Positions 16,535 to 27,200 of a DNA stretch of 39,615 nt are shown one piece after another; the stretch's first letter is position 1; the number at the start of each line of letters is the position of its first letter. Source of the stretch: a virus; the IMG/VR virus record IMGVR_UViG_3300045988_104347, positions 1-39,615 of that record; one strand, given 5' to 3'. Under the pieces are notes generated by a model, which saw only the letters and a list, made by a program, of their open reading frames with translations, did no database searches and was not told the origin of the DNA. The translations under genes were made by a program, and so were the position numbers.

Positions 16535-16870
16535 ATGAAGGAGTTGACAAAAGTGAAAAAACCGAGTTTATCAGAGATTGAACAGTCGTTGATAGAGCAG
16601 CTCGAACAAATGGGAGCTTCTGTCGATTTCTATAAATCGCTGGTTTCAGATTATCTGTTTTATGAAAAACAGGAAAGGAAAATGCAGGCTGATATTCGCA
16701 AGAGAGGACTGACCTATATGGCAGTTTCTGCGGTAGGAAAAGAGTATGAAAAAGACAATCCGTCCGTAAAGCAGGCGTATATGTACAACAAGCAGAAACT
16801 TCAAATTCTGAAAGACTTGGGCCTGTCAACTGACAAGGTCAAGAACCTTGACGATGACGAAGAGCTGTAA
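16535..16870 (+). CDS. terS: Terminase small subunit (P27-family-like)
   Basis: About 110 aa. Position before TerL. The pattern LIEQLE...YKSLVSDYLFYEKQERKMQADIRKRGL is typical of P27-type TerS. GTG 16553 after GAAGGAG is an alternative start. Confidence 0.75.
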   Translation: MKELTKVKKPSLSEIEQSLIEQLEQMGASVDFYKSLVSDYLFYEKQERKMQADIRKRGLTYMAVSAVGKEYEKDNPSVKQAYMYNKQKLQILKDLGLSTDKVKNLDDDEEL

Positions 16871-18551
16871 GGGGCAAGAAGCTCTTGACCTCTCGTATCT
16901 TGCAGACTATATCAGCCTAGTCGAGGAGCATAAGTATCCGTATTGTGCTGAGCAGTATCAGCTTATTGACTACGTCAAGCGCATGTTCTTGTCAGAAGAT
17001 ATCTACATTGATGCTGAACAAGCTGATAAGTATTTCAGCTATGAAAAATATTTCCCTTTTGGCCTTTTTCCATGGGAAAAATTCGTATTTGTACTTCACA
17101 ACTGCACATATACCGCAAGCGGTTCCTTACGTTGGCCGGTGCTATTCTTGTATGTTGGGCGAGGAACAGGAAAAAACGGATACTTAGGATTTGAAGACTT
17201 TTGCTTGCTCACACCTACCAATGGCATCAAGCATTACAACATTGATATTTTTGCAACAACAGAAGATCAAGCAGAGACCACATTCAAAGACGTATATAAC
17301 GTTCTGGAAGACAATCGTGACAAAATGCAGCGGTTCTTTTACTGGAACAAAGAAGTGATAATAAATCTAAAAACGAAGTCTGAATTGAAGTTCCGAACAT
17401 CAAGCCCGAGGTCAGCCGACGGCGCACGTCCGGGAAAGGTAGATCATGACGAGGTACACGCCTATGAGAATAGCAAGCTCATTGACGTTGCTGTTGGTGG
17501 TCTCGGAAAAGTACCAAGACCACGCCGTACTATCATGAGTACTGACGGCTTCGTCCGTGAAGGGCCTCTCGACAAAGAGAAAGCCAAGGGAATAAGAATT
17601 CTTAACGGCGAGATTGAAGACAATGGTATGCTGCCGTTTATTGCACGTGTAGATAGCCCTGATGAGGTTGAAATGCCTGAAATGTGGTATAAAGCTAACC
17701 CATCGTTGCAATACCTGCCCGATCTTCTTCAGGAAATGAAGACTGAATTTCAAAACTATCTGGACGATAAGATAAGCAACATCAGCTTTGCAGTTAAACG
17801 CATGAACTGCCTGCCACAGCAGACAGAGGGCGGTATAACCGCATTTGATAATATCCTGGCAACTAATCAGGATATCACGCCATATTTGTCAAAGCTTCAA
17901 GGCAGACAATGCACAGCAGGCTTTGACTATATGAAAACCGATGACTTCCTTTCAGCTGGTTTGCTCTTTGACGTAGACGGAACTGACGTATGGATAACGC
18001 ACACCTGGGTGTGCAAGGCTTCTGCAGATTTATCAAGAATCAAGGCGCCCCTGCAAGAATGGGAAGCGGCGGGGCTACTGTCATTCGTTGACGGTCCAGA
18101 GATACCGCCTGAGATACCCGTTATATGGGTGGCGCAGAAAGCGGCGGAATTGAATGCAAAAGTCGCAATGACCGGCATAGATAACTACCGCTATACACTG
18201 CTTAGGAGGGCGCTTAAAGAGAATCTCTACGCTTCTGACGAAAAAGGCTACGGAAATATCATGCTTGTCCGTCCGTCAAATGAAATGATGATAATGCCTG
18301 TAATCACAAGTCAGCTGGTGAATCATAAGCTTGCAGTCGGAGACAATCCCCTTTTCCGCTGGGCTATGAACAATACCAAGGTATGCACTTCGTCCGCAGG
18401 CAATATGACATATGGTAAAATAGAGCCGAAGTCCAGAAAGACAGACCCTTTCAAGGCATATGTCGCCGCCAAAGCGGCACAGAATAAAATTGCTGAGCAA
18501 ATATCAAGTATGCCTATGGGCAAGAGCGTTATGAATGTATTCACATATTAG
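16854..18551 (+). CDS. terL: Terminase large subunit
   Basis: About 565 aa. Walker-A-like VGRGTGKNG. Follows TerS and precedes the portal gene. The start is uncertain (ATG 16854). Confidence 0.88.
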   Translation: MTKSCKGQEALDLSYLADYISLVEEHKYPYCAEQYQLIDYVKRMFLSEDIYIDAEQADKYFSYEKYFPFGLFPWEKFVFVLHNCTYTASGSLRWPVLFLYVGRGTGKNGYLGFEDFCLLTPTNGIKHYNIDIFATTEDQAETTFKDVYNVLEDNRDKMQRFFYWNKEVIINLKTKSELKFRTSSPRSADGARPGKVDHDEVHAYENSKLIDVAVGGLGKVPRPRRTIMSTDGFVREGPLDKEKAKGIRILNGEIEDNGMLPFIARVDSPDEVEMPEMWYKANPSLQYLPDLLQEMKTEFQNYLDDKISNISFAVKRMNCLPQQTEGGITAFDNILATNQDITPYLSKLQGRQCTAGFDYMKTDDFLSAGLLFDVDGTDVWITHTWVCKASADLSRIKAPLQEWEAAGLLSFVDGPEIPPEIPVIWVAQKAAELNAKVAMTGIDNYRYTLLRRALKENLYASDEKGYGNIMLVRPSNEMMIMPVITSQLVNHKLAVGDNPLFRWAMNNTKVCTSSAGNMTYGKIEPKSRKTDPFKAYVAAKAAQNKIAEQISSMPMGKSVMNVFTY

Positions 18552-18569
18552 CAGAGAGGAGGTAACGCA

Positions 18570-19721
18570 ATGGGGCTGAGATCACTGCTATCACGCATAA
18601 TGAATGCCAAAAGTAATGAAGTGATCAGTATTAAAACAGTTGGATATGATGACGAAGCGAGAATAGCCGTGCAGGCATACGCCATTCAGGTCGTTGTTGA
18701 AATCCTTGCGGCACTGGTTTCAAAGTGCGAGATAAAAACCTATCGTGACGGCAAGTCATTCCGTGGCGAAGAATGGTATCTTTTCAACGTTAAGCCGAAC
18801 GTCAATCAAACAGCAGTGCAATTCAAGAACGAGCTAGTCCGCAAGACCCTTGTGCGTGGCGAGAGCCTTGTTGTCAGCGCTGGAAAGCAGATAATCTGCG
18901 CCGACTCTTGGAGTACGCAGGAGTATGCGCTATATCCTAACCGCTTCTCTCAGGTAGCACGAGGTTCATTCACGTTTCAGAAAACATTCGATATGGGAGA
19001 TGTCCTATATCTCACGTACTCCAACGGCGGAGTAAGACAAATACTAACGGAAATGCTAGATGAACATAATCGTTTCTTGGAAACGGCTTCAAGCACCTAC
19101 GTCAAGAGTGGCGGCCAAAAAGGCATACTCGAGATAACGCCACTGGCGCAAGGTCAACCTGATTTTGAGGAGAAATTCGATGTTCTCATGAATAATTATT
19201 TCAAAACATATTTTGACGCCAAGAATGCAGTGCTTCCACTGTGGGGCGGAATGAAATATACCTCTCAAACGGCAGGTGAGACCAAGAGAACAGTGTCAGA
19301 AGCAACCGACTACATTTCTATGCTAAATGACGCATTGGAAAAAGCGGCGATTGCTTTCAACATTTCCCCGGCTATCGTAAAGGGAAATGTCGAGAACATC
19401 AGTGAAGCGTTATCAATGACATTGACATCTGCCGTTGATCCATTCGCCAAGATGTTATCAGACGAGATAACGGCAAAGCGCTATACAAAAGAGCAAGTCC
19501 TGCGTGGGTGCTACGCCAAAGTCTGTACTAATAACCTTAAGCACCTTGACGTGCTTGAAATGGCAAATGCAGTTGACAAGCTTATCGCAAGTGGCTTCTA
19601 CTCAACGAATGAGTTGAGGGAGAAGACAGGTGAGGAAAGAATTCCAGAAGTCTGGGCCGATAAGCACACAAGAACTAAGAACTACGAGACAATCGAAGGA
19701 GGTGGAAACAGCAATGAATAG
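18570..19721 (+). CDS. Portal protein (HK97-type)
   Basis: 383 aa. RBS GGAGG. Between TerL and the head protease. Confidence 0.85.
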   Translation: MGLRSLLSRIMNAKSNEVISIKTVGYDDEARIAVQAYAIQVVVEILAALVSKCEIKTYRDGKSFRGEEWYLFNVKPNVNQTAVQFKNELVRKTLVRGESLVVSAGKQIICADSWSTQEYALYPNRFSQVARGSFTFQKTFDMGDVLYLTYSNGGVRQILTEMLDEHNRFLETASSTYVKSGGQKGILEITPLAQGQPDFEEKFDVLMNNYFKTYFDAKNAVLPLWGGMKYTSQTAGETKRTVSEATDYISMLNDALEKAAIAFNISPAIVKGNVENISEALSMTLTSAVDPFAKMLSDEITAKRYTKEQVLRGCYAKVCTNNLKHLDVLEMANAVDKLIASGFYSTNELREKTGEERIPEVWADKHTRTKNYETIEGGGNSNE

Positions 19722-20520
19722 CATTTTTAATCATTTTGAATTCAAAATGGAAGCGGATAAGCCCAAAGAGCTTAACCTATATCTATATTCACAAGTCTGT
19801 GGAGGGCTTGCCATTGATTGGGAAAAGGGAAAAGTTGAGGAGAGCAAGACAGGTGCTAAGTATTTCGCCGCCAAGCTTGATGAGTACAAAGATTGTGAAC
19901 ATATCAACCTGTACATCAATTCTCTTGGAGGTCAAATCAAAGAGGGCGTTGCTATTGGAAATATCCTTAAGCGCCATAAAGCCAAAGTTACTTGCTATGT
20001 AGACGGCTGGGCATGCTCTATCGCAAGCGTTATCGCTATGGCAGCAGACGAGATCATCATGTATAGCAACAGTATGATGATGATACATCAGGCGTCCTGC
20101 TACTGTGAGGGCAATGCTGACGATATGAGAACGGCGGCGGCTGAACTTGACAAGATGACCGATACCGCTATCACTACGTATGCAGAGCGTTGCAACGGCA
20201 AGTGTAGCCGTGAGGAAATAAGCGAAATGGTAAAGGTGGGTACTTGGCTGACAGCGGCAGAATGTCTTGAGAAAGGCTTCTGCGATAGCATATCAACCGC
20301 AGAGCAGCCCGTTGATATGGCTACAATGCTTAGTGATACAAAGCAGTACACTATGTCAAGCGCCCTCGACAGGGAGAATGTGGACAAACTCATTGAGCTT
20401 TATAAGGAGTCCACCGCACAGCAGGCTTTGCCAGCAAAAAAGACCGAAGAAGAAAAAACAAATGCCGCTATGTCGGCTTTTGAAAAGTTCATGAAAATGG
20501 AGGTAAAAATGAATGATTAA
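19714..20520 (+). CDS. ClpP-like head maturation serine protease
   Basis: ClpP-type motifs INSLGGQIKEG, GWACSIASVIAMA (Ser) and MMMIHQA (His). ATG 19714 follows GGAGGTGG. Confidence 0.88.
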   Translation: MNSIFNHFEFKMEADKPKELNLYLYSQVCGGLAIDWEKGKVEESKTGAKYFAAKLDEYKDCEHINLYINSLGGQIKEGVAIGNILKRHKAKVTCYVDGWACSIASVIAMAADEIIMYSNSMMMIHQASCYCEGNADDMRTAAAELDKMTDTAITTYAERCNGKCSREEISEMVKVGTWLTAAECLEKGFCDSISTAEQPVDMATMLSDTKQYTMSSALDRENVDKLIELYKESTAQQALPAKKTEEEKTNAAMSAFEKFMKMEVKMND

Positions 20521-21694
20521 TCTTGACGCAATCAAAGAGCAGAAAGCAGATATCCTTGCTTCACTGTCAACCGCTATCAGAGATAGTGATGACAAGGGCA
20601 TGGAAACCGCCCTTGATAAGTACGGCAATCTGATTTCAGATGTTATCATGGAGCAGGTGGAGAGCACTGCGGAATCTGTCGATAATCAGATACTCAGCAC
20701 CAGAGGTGTGAGAATGCTGACCAGTGAGGAAAGAGACTACTACAACGCTGTAATTGAGGCGGGCAAGTCCTCTGACCCCAAGATGGCATTGGCAAACGTT
20801 GATAAGACAATGCCAATCACTATAATCGAGTCAGTTCTTGGTGAGATCCCACAGCAGCACCCTCTGCTCAACTTCATCAATTTTCAGGATACCACAGGCA
20901 TTACAAAGATGTTGGTCAATGATCAGGGCGTTCAGACAGCTAAGTGGGGAGATCTTAACACAGCTATCGACAAGGAACTCTCAGGTGCATTCAAGACCTT
21001 TGACGTTGCGCTGAAGAAGCTCACAGCATGGATTCCAGTGTCTAACGATATGCTTGACCTTGGTGCCTCATGGCTGGATAGATATGTCCGTGAGATACTG
21101 GCAGAAGCCCTTTGGGTCGGCATGGAAACCGGTGTCGTGTCAGGCGACGGTCTTAACTGTCCTATCGGCATGTGCAAGGACGTATCTAGTAGTGCATCAG
21201 TAGTCGGTGGCAAGTATCCTGACCAGAAGACAGTTGCACTCAATGAACTCTCCCCTGAAGCTATTGGTGCTATTGCCGCACAGCTTACCAAGACAGAGGC
21301 TGGAAACAACAGGCCGCTTGATAACCTCATCTTTGTGGTCAATCCAAAGACATATCTGACAAAGGTAATGCCTGCGACAACAAATTTCGTTCAGGGAAAA
21401 TGGGTTAACGATGTTATGCCTATTCCATGCACTATTATCCAGTCATGCGCCGTTCCTGATGACAGAGCTATCTTCGGCCTTGGCAAGCGTTACTTCATGG
21501 GTCTTGGTATGGCTAAGGGCGGTAAGCTGGAGTTTGATGACTCATTCAAGTTCCTTGATGACGCAAGGACATATAAGATCAAAACATACGGCAACGGCAA
21601 GCCACTCGACAGCAATGCTTTCAGGTATCTGGATATCTCAAAGCTTAAGAGATTTATCCCGACAGTATACACTGTCACACCGTCAGAAACATAA
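20513..21694 (+). CDS. Major capsid protein (HK97 fold inferred)
   Basis: 393 aa. Immediately after the protease. Helical N-terminal delta-like region followed by the capsid body. Confidence 0.85.
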   Translation: MINLDAIKEQKADILASLSTAIRDSDDKGMETALDKYGNLISDVIMEQVESTAESVDNQILSTRGVRMLTSEERDYYNAVIEAGKSSDPKMALANVDKTMPITIIESVLGEIPQQHPLLNFINFQDTTGITKMLVNDQGVQTAKWGDLNTAIDKELSGAFKTFDVALKKLTAWIPVSNDMLDLGASWLDRYVREILAEALWVGMETGVVSGDGLNCPIGMCKDVSSSASVVGGKYPDQKTVALNELSPEAIGAIAAQLTKTEAGNNRPLDNLIFVVNPKTYLTKVMPATTNFVQGKWVNDVMPIPCTIIQSCAVPDDRAIFGLGKRYFMGLGMAKGGKLEFDDSFKFLDDARTYKIKTYGNGKPLDSNAFRYLDISKLKRFIPTVYTVTPSET

Positions 21695-21707
21695 GGAGTT
21701 GATATAA

Positions 21708-22010
21708 ATGCAGCAGGCATTATTCGAGGAAGTTAAAAATCAGCTGAACATAACTTGGTCAGACGAAGCTACTGACAGAAAGATAAACAGCATTATAGCA
21801 CGTGCTATAGGAGTACTTAACGGATATGCAGGTCAGGTGCTGGATATCAACGTTGACGAAAATATCAACGGCGACGCCCAGCTTCTGATCGACTGCTGCA
21901 GATATATATATAACGATTGCTTCGAGGACTTTGAAAAAAATTATCACTCTCAGCTCTTCGCTCTGAGAGCAAGATGTCAGATTGAGGAGATGTCAGGAGG
22001 AAGCGTATGA
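21708..22010 (+). CDS. Head-tail connector (gp6-like)
   Basis: 100 aa. First ORF after the capsid gene. Size and position are typical. Confidence 0.65.
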   Translation: MQQALFEEVKNQLNITWSDEATDRKINSIIARAIGVLNGYAGQVLDINVDENINGDAQLLIDCCRYIYNDCFEDFEKNYHSQLFALRARCQIEEMSGGSV

Positions 22011-22345
22011 TAAGTAAGCGGCAGACGTTCAATGACGGCATATGCACTATTGCAACTATCATCAATGCCAATAGCTTGAATATCAAGCAAGCAGGCATAA
22101 GATATGACAATCGTACCGTCGGCTCAGAGCGTTTCTATAAAGCCGCTGAGTATCAGCACCGCTGTGATAAGGTGATAAGAATACCACTTATCGCCGAGCC
22201 GCAGGCGACTGACATTGTGATAATGAACGGCGACCAGTATAACGTCATTCAAGTTCAGATGATAAAGGACGCTAAGCCGCAGGCTTGGCAGTTATCAATA
22301 GAAAAGCGGAAAAAGAGGTTAGAAATCCATGTCAATGAGTCCTGA
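22007..22345 (+). CDS. Head closure / head-tail adaptor protein
   Basis: 112 aa. Overlapping start. The pattern ...DKVIRIP...DIVIMNGDQYNVIQV... is typical of this family. Confidence 0.65.
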   Translation: MISKRQTFNDGICTIATIINANSLNIKQAGIRYDNRTVGSERFYKAAEYQHRCDKVIRIPLIAEPQATDIVIMNGDQYNVIQVQMIKDAKPQAWQLSIEKRKKRLEIHVNES

Positions 22346-22736
22346 TGAGATGGCTGAGGCTTTACAGCACGCATTTCAGCAAGAAAGTCACCGTGTTAAT
22401 GAAGCCGCCAAAAGAGCCGTTAAGAAGACCGCAAAGGAAACCCGCAAGGTCGTCCAAGAACACTTCACGTTCAATAACCGCTCCGGCAAGTATGCCAAGG
22501 CGCTTACAGTTAGCACCGAATACGAGGACTCTTTCGACATTCGGCAGATAGTGAATTTCAAGAAGAATAAGCAGTATCTTCTCACACACCTGCTGGAGTA
22601 TGGCCATGCTATGAAGCGTGGTGGCAGAACGCTTCCGTTTAATGCGAAAGCTTATCCGCACATGATTTACGGACAAGAGTATGCCGAAGAAAAATTACCG
22701 GAAAACATCAGAAAGGAGATTGAGAAGTCGAAATGA
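22329..22736 (+). CDS. HK97 gp10-like tail-joining protein
   Basis: 135 aa. LLEYGHAMKRGG motif. Position. Confidence 0.6.
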   Translation: MSMSPDEMAEALQHAFQQESHRVNEAAKRAVKKTAKETRKVVQEHFTFNNRSGKYAKALTVSTEYEDSFDIRQIVNFKKNKQYLLTHLLEYGHAMKRGGRTLPFNAKAYPHMIYGQEYAEEKLPENIRKEIEKSK

Positions 22737-23059
22737 CATTGACAGAACTTATATCACTTTCGGGCATTCCTGCGGACAGGATTGCTAAGATAGATTTTCC
22801 AGTGGAAACGGAATTGCCGTTCGCAACATGGATAAACAAGACACCTCAGACGATATCTGCAGACGGAAGAACTGTCGCAGTTATCCCACGGATTGCAGTT
22901 GAAATATACTGCGAGCCGGAAGATGAAGAAACACATATCCTATTTGAGAACGCCCTTATGGATAAGGGCATATGTTTCTCAGTCGCCGCAGGCTATCTGG
23001 GGCAGGATCAGCAAATGGATATGTGGGTATACGAATTCGATCGCAAGGAGGAATATTAA
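22733..23059 (+). CDS. Tail completion/terminator-like protein
   Basis: 108 aa. Immediately precedes the major tail gene. Confidence 0.5.
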   Translation: MTLTELISLSGIPADRIAKIDFPVETELPFATWINKTPQTISADGRTVAVIPRIAVEIYCEPEDEETHILFENALMDKGICFSVAAGYLGQDQQMDMWVYEFDRKEEY

Positions 23060-23664
23060 TGAAAGGAACAGTGAAAGCCGTTGCCCATGCACTGATTACA
23101 GAGTCTACAGATGTCAGTGGTGCGACAACTATCACATATGGAGAACTTAAGTATCATAAGACAAAGCTTTCGGGCACCCGTCAGGTAAGCCTTGACCCGA
23201 AGTCATCAAGCAAGGAGATATGGGCTGACGGCGTAGTAGCATTCGCAGGTCAGACTAATCAGGGCTACGAGGGAACTATCACTACCCTTGACCTGTGTGA
23301 TGATCTTGAAAAAGACTGGTATGGCAATGTCATCGAAGAGAAAAACGGCACACTGGTCGAAGTAGCAAGAACAGGAGAAGCGCCAAAGTTCGGCTTGATC
23401 GTACAGTATGAGTCAACATCAGAAGCCGAGGGATACACCGAGGTTTTCCCTTACTGCTATACTACAGATCGCACGAAATTCTCAGTTAAGACAGAGGAAG
23501 ACAGCGGTATGGACTATGAGTATACAGAGCATAAGATTGCCTGCAAGCCGTCACCGGCTGAGGCTACTGTCAACAACAAGAAAGGACACATTGCACGTTT
23601 CCGTATAAAGGGTAACACAGTACTCACAAAGTTTCCTGAGTACACCTACACCCCGGGTGAATGA
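23059..23664 (+). CDS. Major tail protein
   Basis: 201 aa. ATG 23059 follows AAGGAGG. Followed by the frameshifted chaperone pair and the tape measure gene. Confidence 0.8.
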   Translation: MKGTVKAVAHALITESTDVSGATTITYGELKYHKTKLSGTRQVSLDPKSSSKEIWADGVVAFAGQTNQGYEGTITTLDLCDDLEKDWYGNVIEEKNGTLVEVARTGEAPKFGLIVQYESTSEAEGYTEVFPYCYTTDRTKFSVKTEEDSGMDYEYTEHKIACKPSPAEATVNNKKGHIARFRIKGNTVLTKFPEYTYTPGE

Positions 23665-23993
23665 CAATGAGCAATACATTAGTCCTGACTATAGACAGCA
23701 GGCAGATAGGCTTCAAGGCTACAGCAGGCCTTTTCTATCGATACAAGGAAGCATTCGGCACGGAGTATCTTGAGGACGTTGTCAAGGTTCATCAGTTCGG
23801 TAAGGGTGCCTTTGTTCAACAGGTCGAATACCGCACCCTATGGGTGCTTGCCAAGACTTATGATGATAGTATACCGCCTATTCAGACGTGGCTTGACAGC
23901 TTCGCCTATGGTGCATTTCCTGTTGATGATATCTATAATCAGGTTATGCCTATACTGCAGGCAAATATGAAAGTTGACAGAAAAAATCCATAA
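23661..23993 (+). CDS. Tail assembly chaperone (G-like, zero-frame product)
   Basis: 110 aa. Lies between the major tail and tape measure genes. Ends just after a slippery heptamer. Confidence 0.8.
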   Translation: MTMSNTLVLTIDSRQIGFKATAGLFYRYKEAFGTEYLEDVVKVHQFGKGAFVQQVEYRTLWVLAKTYDDSIPPIQTWLDSFAYGAFPVDDIYNQVMPILQANMKVDRKNP

Positions 23994-24298
23994 GCGGCAG
24001 TAAAAGCGGAGATGATCGGCCTCTCAAATCGGAGGAGGTCATCTCTCTTGTTATAAACAGGGGTCTTACTGTCGCTGATTTAGACCGCATGACGTATGGT
24101 ATGGTAGTGAACTATGCCTGCGCCTATGACCGACAGCGATTAATCGCCGCCGGCAAAAAGGTCATTGACCCCGAAATAAAATACGAAGAACTGAAAGCAA
24201 ACCTGCCTGTTGTGGAAGAACGATATAAGCAGGGAAAAATCAGCAAAGAACGATATGAAAAGTATATTGCGAAAATAAAGGCATGGGAGGGTGAGTAA
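23661..24298 (+). CDS. Tail assembly chaperone, -1 frameshift-extended form (G-T-like; join 23661..23987,23987..24298)
   Basis: The continuous -1 frame after the heptamer includes ORF 24089-24298. Its stop overlaps the tape measure ATG. Confidence 0.7.
23981..23987 (+). promoter_or_regulatory. Programmed -1 frameshift slippery heptamer A_AAA_AAT
   Basis: The zero frame reads AGA AAA AAT CCA TAA. The -1 frame is open from 23978 to 24298 (translated by hand). Confidence 0.75.
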
Positions 24299-27200
24299 TG
24301 GCTAAGTCATCATCAGATGAGAAAATCAAAGGTATGTACGTCAAAATCGGCGGCGATACGTCTGAGTATACTGCCGCCATGAAAGGCCTTAATGCTGACA
24401 TCAACTCGACTACAAGAAATCTGAACAATGTCAACAAGCTCCTAAAGCTTGACCCATCGAATGTTGAATACACCGCACAGAAGCAGAAACTATTAAGCGA
24501 GGCCATTGAAGCCACGAAGACAAAGCTTGATGTTCTTATCAGAAACGAGAAAGATATCAACGAGCAATATAAGAAAGGCGAATTGCCCGTTGAATCGTAT
24601 CTTAAATATCAAGAAGAGCTTGAAAAGACAAGAAAGAAACTGAATACCCTACGAGATCAGACCAAGACTGCAGATGATAGCACGAAGAAAATGGGCAATG
24701 AAGCCAAAGAAACTTCTGACAAAGTAAAAGAACTTGGTACCAAGGCTAAGGAGACATCTGATAAAGCGAAAGATCTTGGTGATAAAACTAAGGACTTAGG
24801 CGACAAGACCAAGGACTTGGGGGAAAAAGTCGATAAAACAGGCAGTGTCTTCAAGGACGTTTTCTCTGCTAATCTTGCCGTTGAGGGGCTGAAAGCTATA
24901 GCTAATGCCGCCAAGGAAGCGGCGGAAAGCTGTGCACAAGTTGGTATAGACTTTTCAAGTTCTATGTCCAATGTGGCGGCGACAATGGGCATGACCGCAG
25001 AACAGGTCAGCTCAGGCGCTGAGGACTATCAGAAGCTAGAGAACGCCGCCCGTGAATGTGGCGAAACAACAAAGTATACCGCTTCGGAGTCCGCTGACGC
25101 TCTTAATTACTTGGCTCTTGCAGGATATGACGTAAATAAGGCGGTTGAAACACTGCCGAAAGTTCTTAATCTTGCCACTGCCTCAGGCATGGACCTTGCG
25201 TCCTGCACTGACATGGTAACGGATACTATGTCAGCACTACAGTTGCAGACGAGTGACCTTGACGGCTATATGGACATGATGGCCAAGACAGCCCAAAAAT
25301 CTAATACCACAGTTGCTATGCTTGGTGAGGGCATTCTCCAGTGTGCCGGCACGGTCAAATCCACAGGGCAGGACGTTGATACAATGTGCACCTCTCTTGG
25401 AATACTGGCGAACAACGGTATCAAGGGTGCAGAGGGCGGCACACATCTCAGAAATATGCTTTTGTCGTTAACATCACCGACAGACGTTGCTTCCGCTAAG
25501 TTGAAAGAACTGGGCGTGAGCGTGGCTGACAGTGAGGGAAATATCAGAGATATCAACGATATTTTCGGAGACCTTAACGCCAAGCTTTCCAAGCTCTCAG
25601 ATGACCAGAAGACCAAGGCGCTTAGCGATATCTTCAATAAGACAGACTTATCGTCCGTTAATGCCATGCTTCAAGGCATGAGCGGGTCTTTCGATGACCT
25701 GAAAGCTCAGGTAGATAACGCTGACGGAGCGTGTCAGACAATGGCTGACACCATGAATAACAATCTTAAGGGTAAGCTGGCTATAATGGACTCTTCCCTT
25801 GAATCCCTTGGCATAACTATTTTTGATAAGTTCAGTGCCCCACTCGAAGACGCCGCCGAAAAAGGCTCAGAGCTTTTCAGTGAACTTACCAAGGATATCA
25901 AAGATGGAGACCTCAGTGACGAATTCGACGATATGGGCAATGCCCTTGGAGATTTAGTCGAAACAGGCGCCAAGTTCGCCAAAGGTTCGTTGCCTATCCT
26001 CATTGACGGTGTAAAGTTCTTCTGCGAGCATTCTAACCTTGTTATTGGCGGACTAACGGGCATTGCAACAGCTATGCTGACACAAAAAGCCGTTACAACA
26101 GTATCTGCCGCCGTCACAGGTTTCAAAGAATTATCCTCAGCCGTGAAGTCAGCCAAGACCGCAACTGAAATGTTCAATGCAGTCAATGCGGCTACGCCAT
26201 GGGGTGCAATTGCAACCCTAGCAGGCATTGCAGTTGGTGGTATAGTCGCTTATGCTACGTCAGCAGACGACGCCGCTGACTCAACAAAAGTCCTCAGTGA
26301 CGAAGAGCAGGCGTTGGTCGACAGCACGAATGAACTGACAGACTCCATGAAGAAAGCCGCAGATCAGAGAGAAGAAGCCAAGACAGATATAGAAGCCGAG
26401 TATAGCAGCTATAAAAGTCTTGCAGATAGAATTTTTGAGCTTTCTGACGCCGAGAGCTTATCTAATGACGAGAAGTCAGAAATGAAAACTCTTGTGGACC
26501 AGCTGAACAGCGCAATTCCTGACCTTAATCTTCAGATTGACAATCAGACAGGCAAGCTTCTCAACAATAAGGACGCTGTCTATGAGTGCATAGAAGCAAA
26601 GAAAGAACAGCTTCTTGTCGAAGCAGCTCAGAAAGATATGGTCGCTATATCAGAAGACCTCTATAAGGCTGAGCAGAAGCGCAATGACATTGAGAAAGCA
26701 ATCACGGAAAACAAGCAGGCTCAGGCTAAAGTTCAAGAAATACTTGATAAAAGGGAAAACAAGTTTGAAGAATTTGACAGAACGGACAGCACAAAGCAGT
26801 GGAAGACCAAGCTTGAAGAGCTGAAGAAAGCTGGAGATGAGCTTCAGAATTCATACTATGATATCAATAGCGAACTGAAACGCTTGGACTCTAACTATGC
26901 TGACGCCTCCAAGTACGTTTCTGAGCATTCTTCTGCTCTCGAAGACAATTCAAAGGCCGTAGAGGACAATGCAAAAAAGGTCGATACGATCTATAACCGC
27001 ACTGTCATGTATAAAGACGGCTTACACAAGGTATCACAAGAAACTGTTGACGCAATAGTTGAGATGAATAAGAGCTATGACGAAGCCGTCCAGAAACGAA
27101 CGGAAGAATTGCAGAACAATCTTAACCTCTTCGACGAATTCAACGGCGGTGCTGAGATATCCGCAGAACAGCTTATGCAGAACTTGGAATCTAATCTTGA

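Noticed and set aside
24700-24840. Tandem 21-nt repeats (KDLGDKT units) in the tape measure gene
   Set aside because: Periodic repeats are normal in tape measure proteins as length-determining helices. They are not an independent element.
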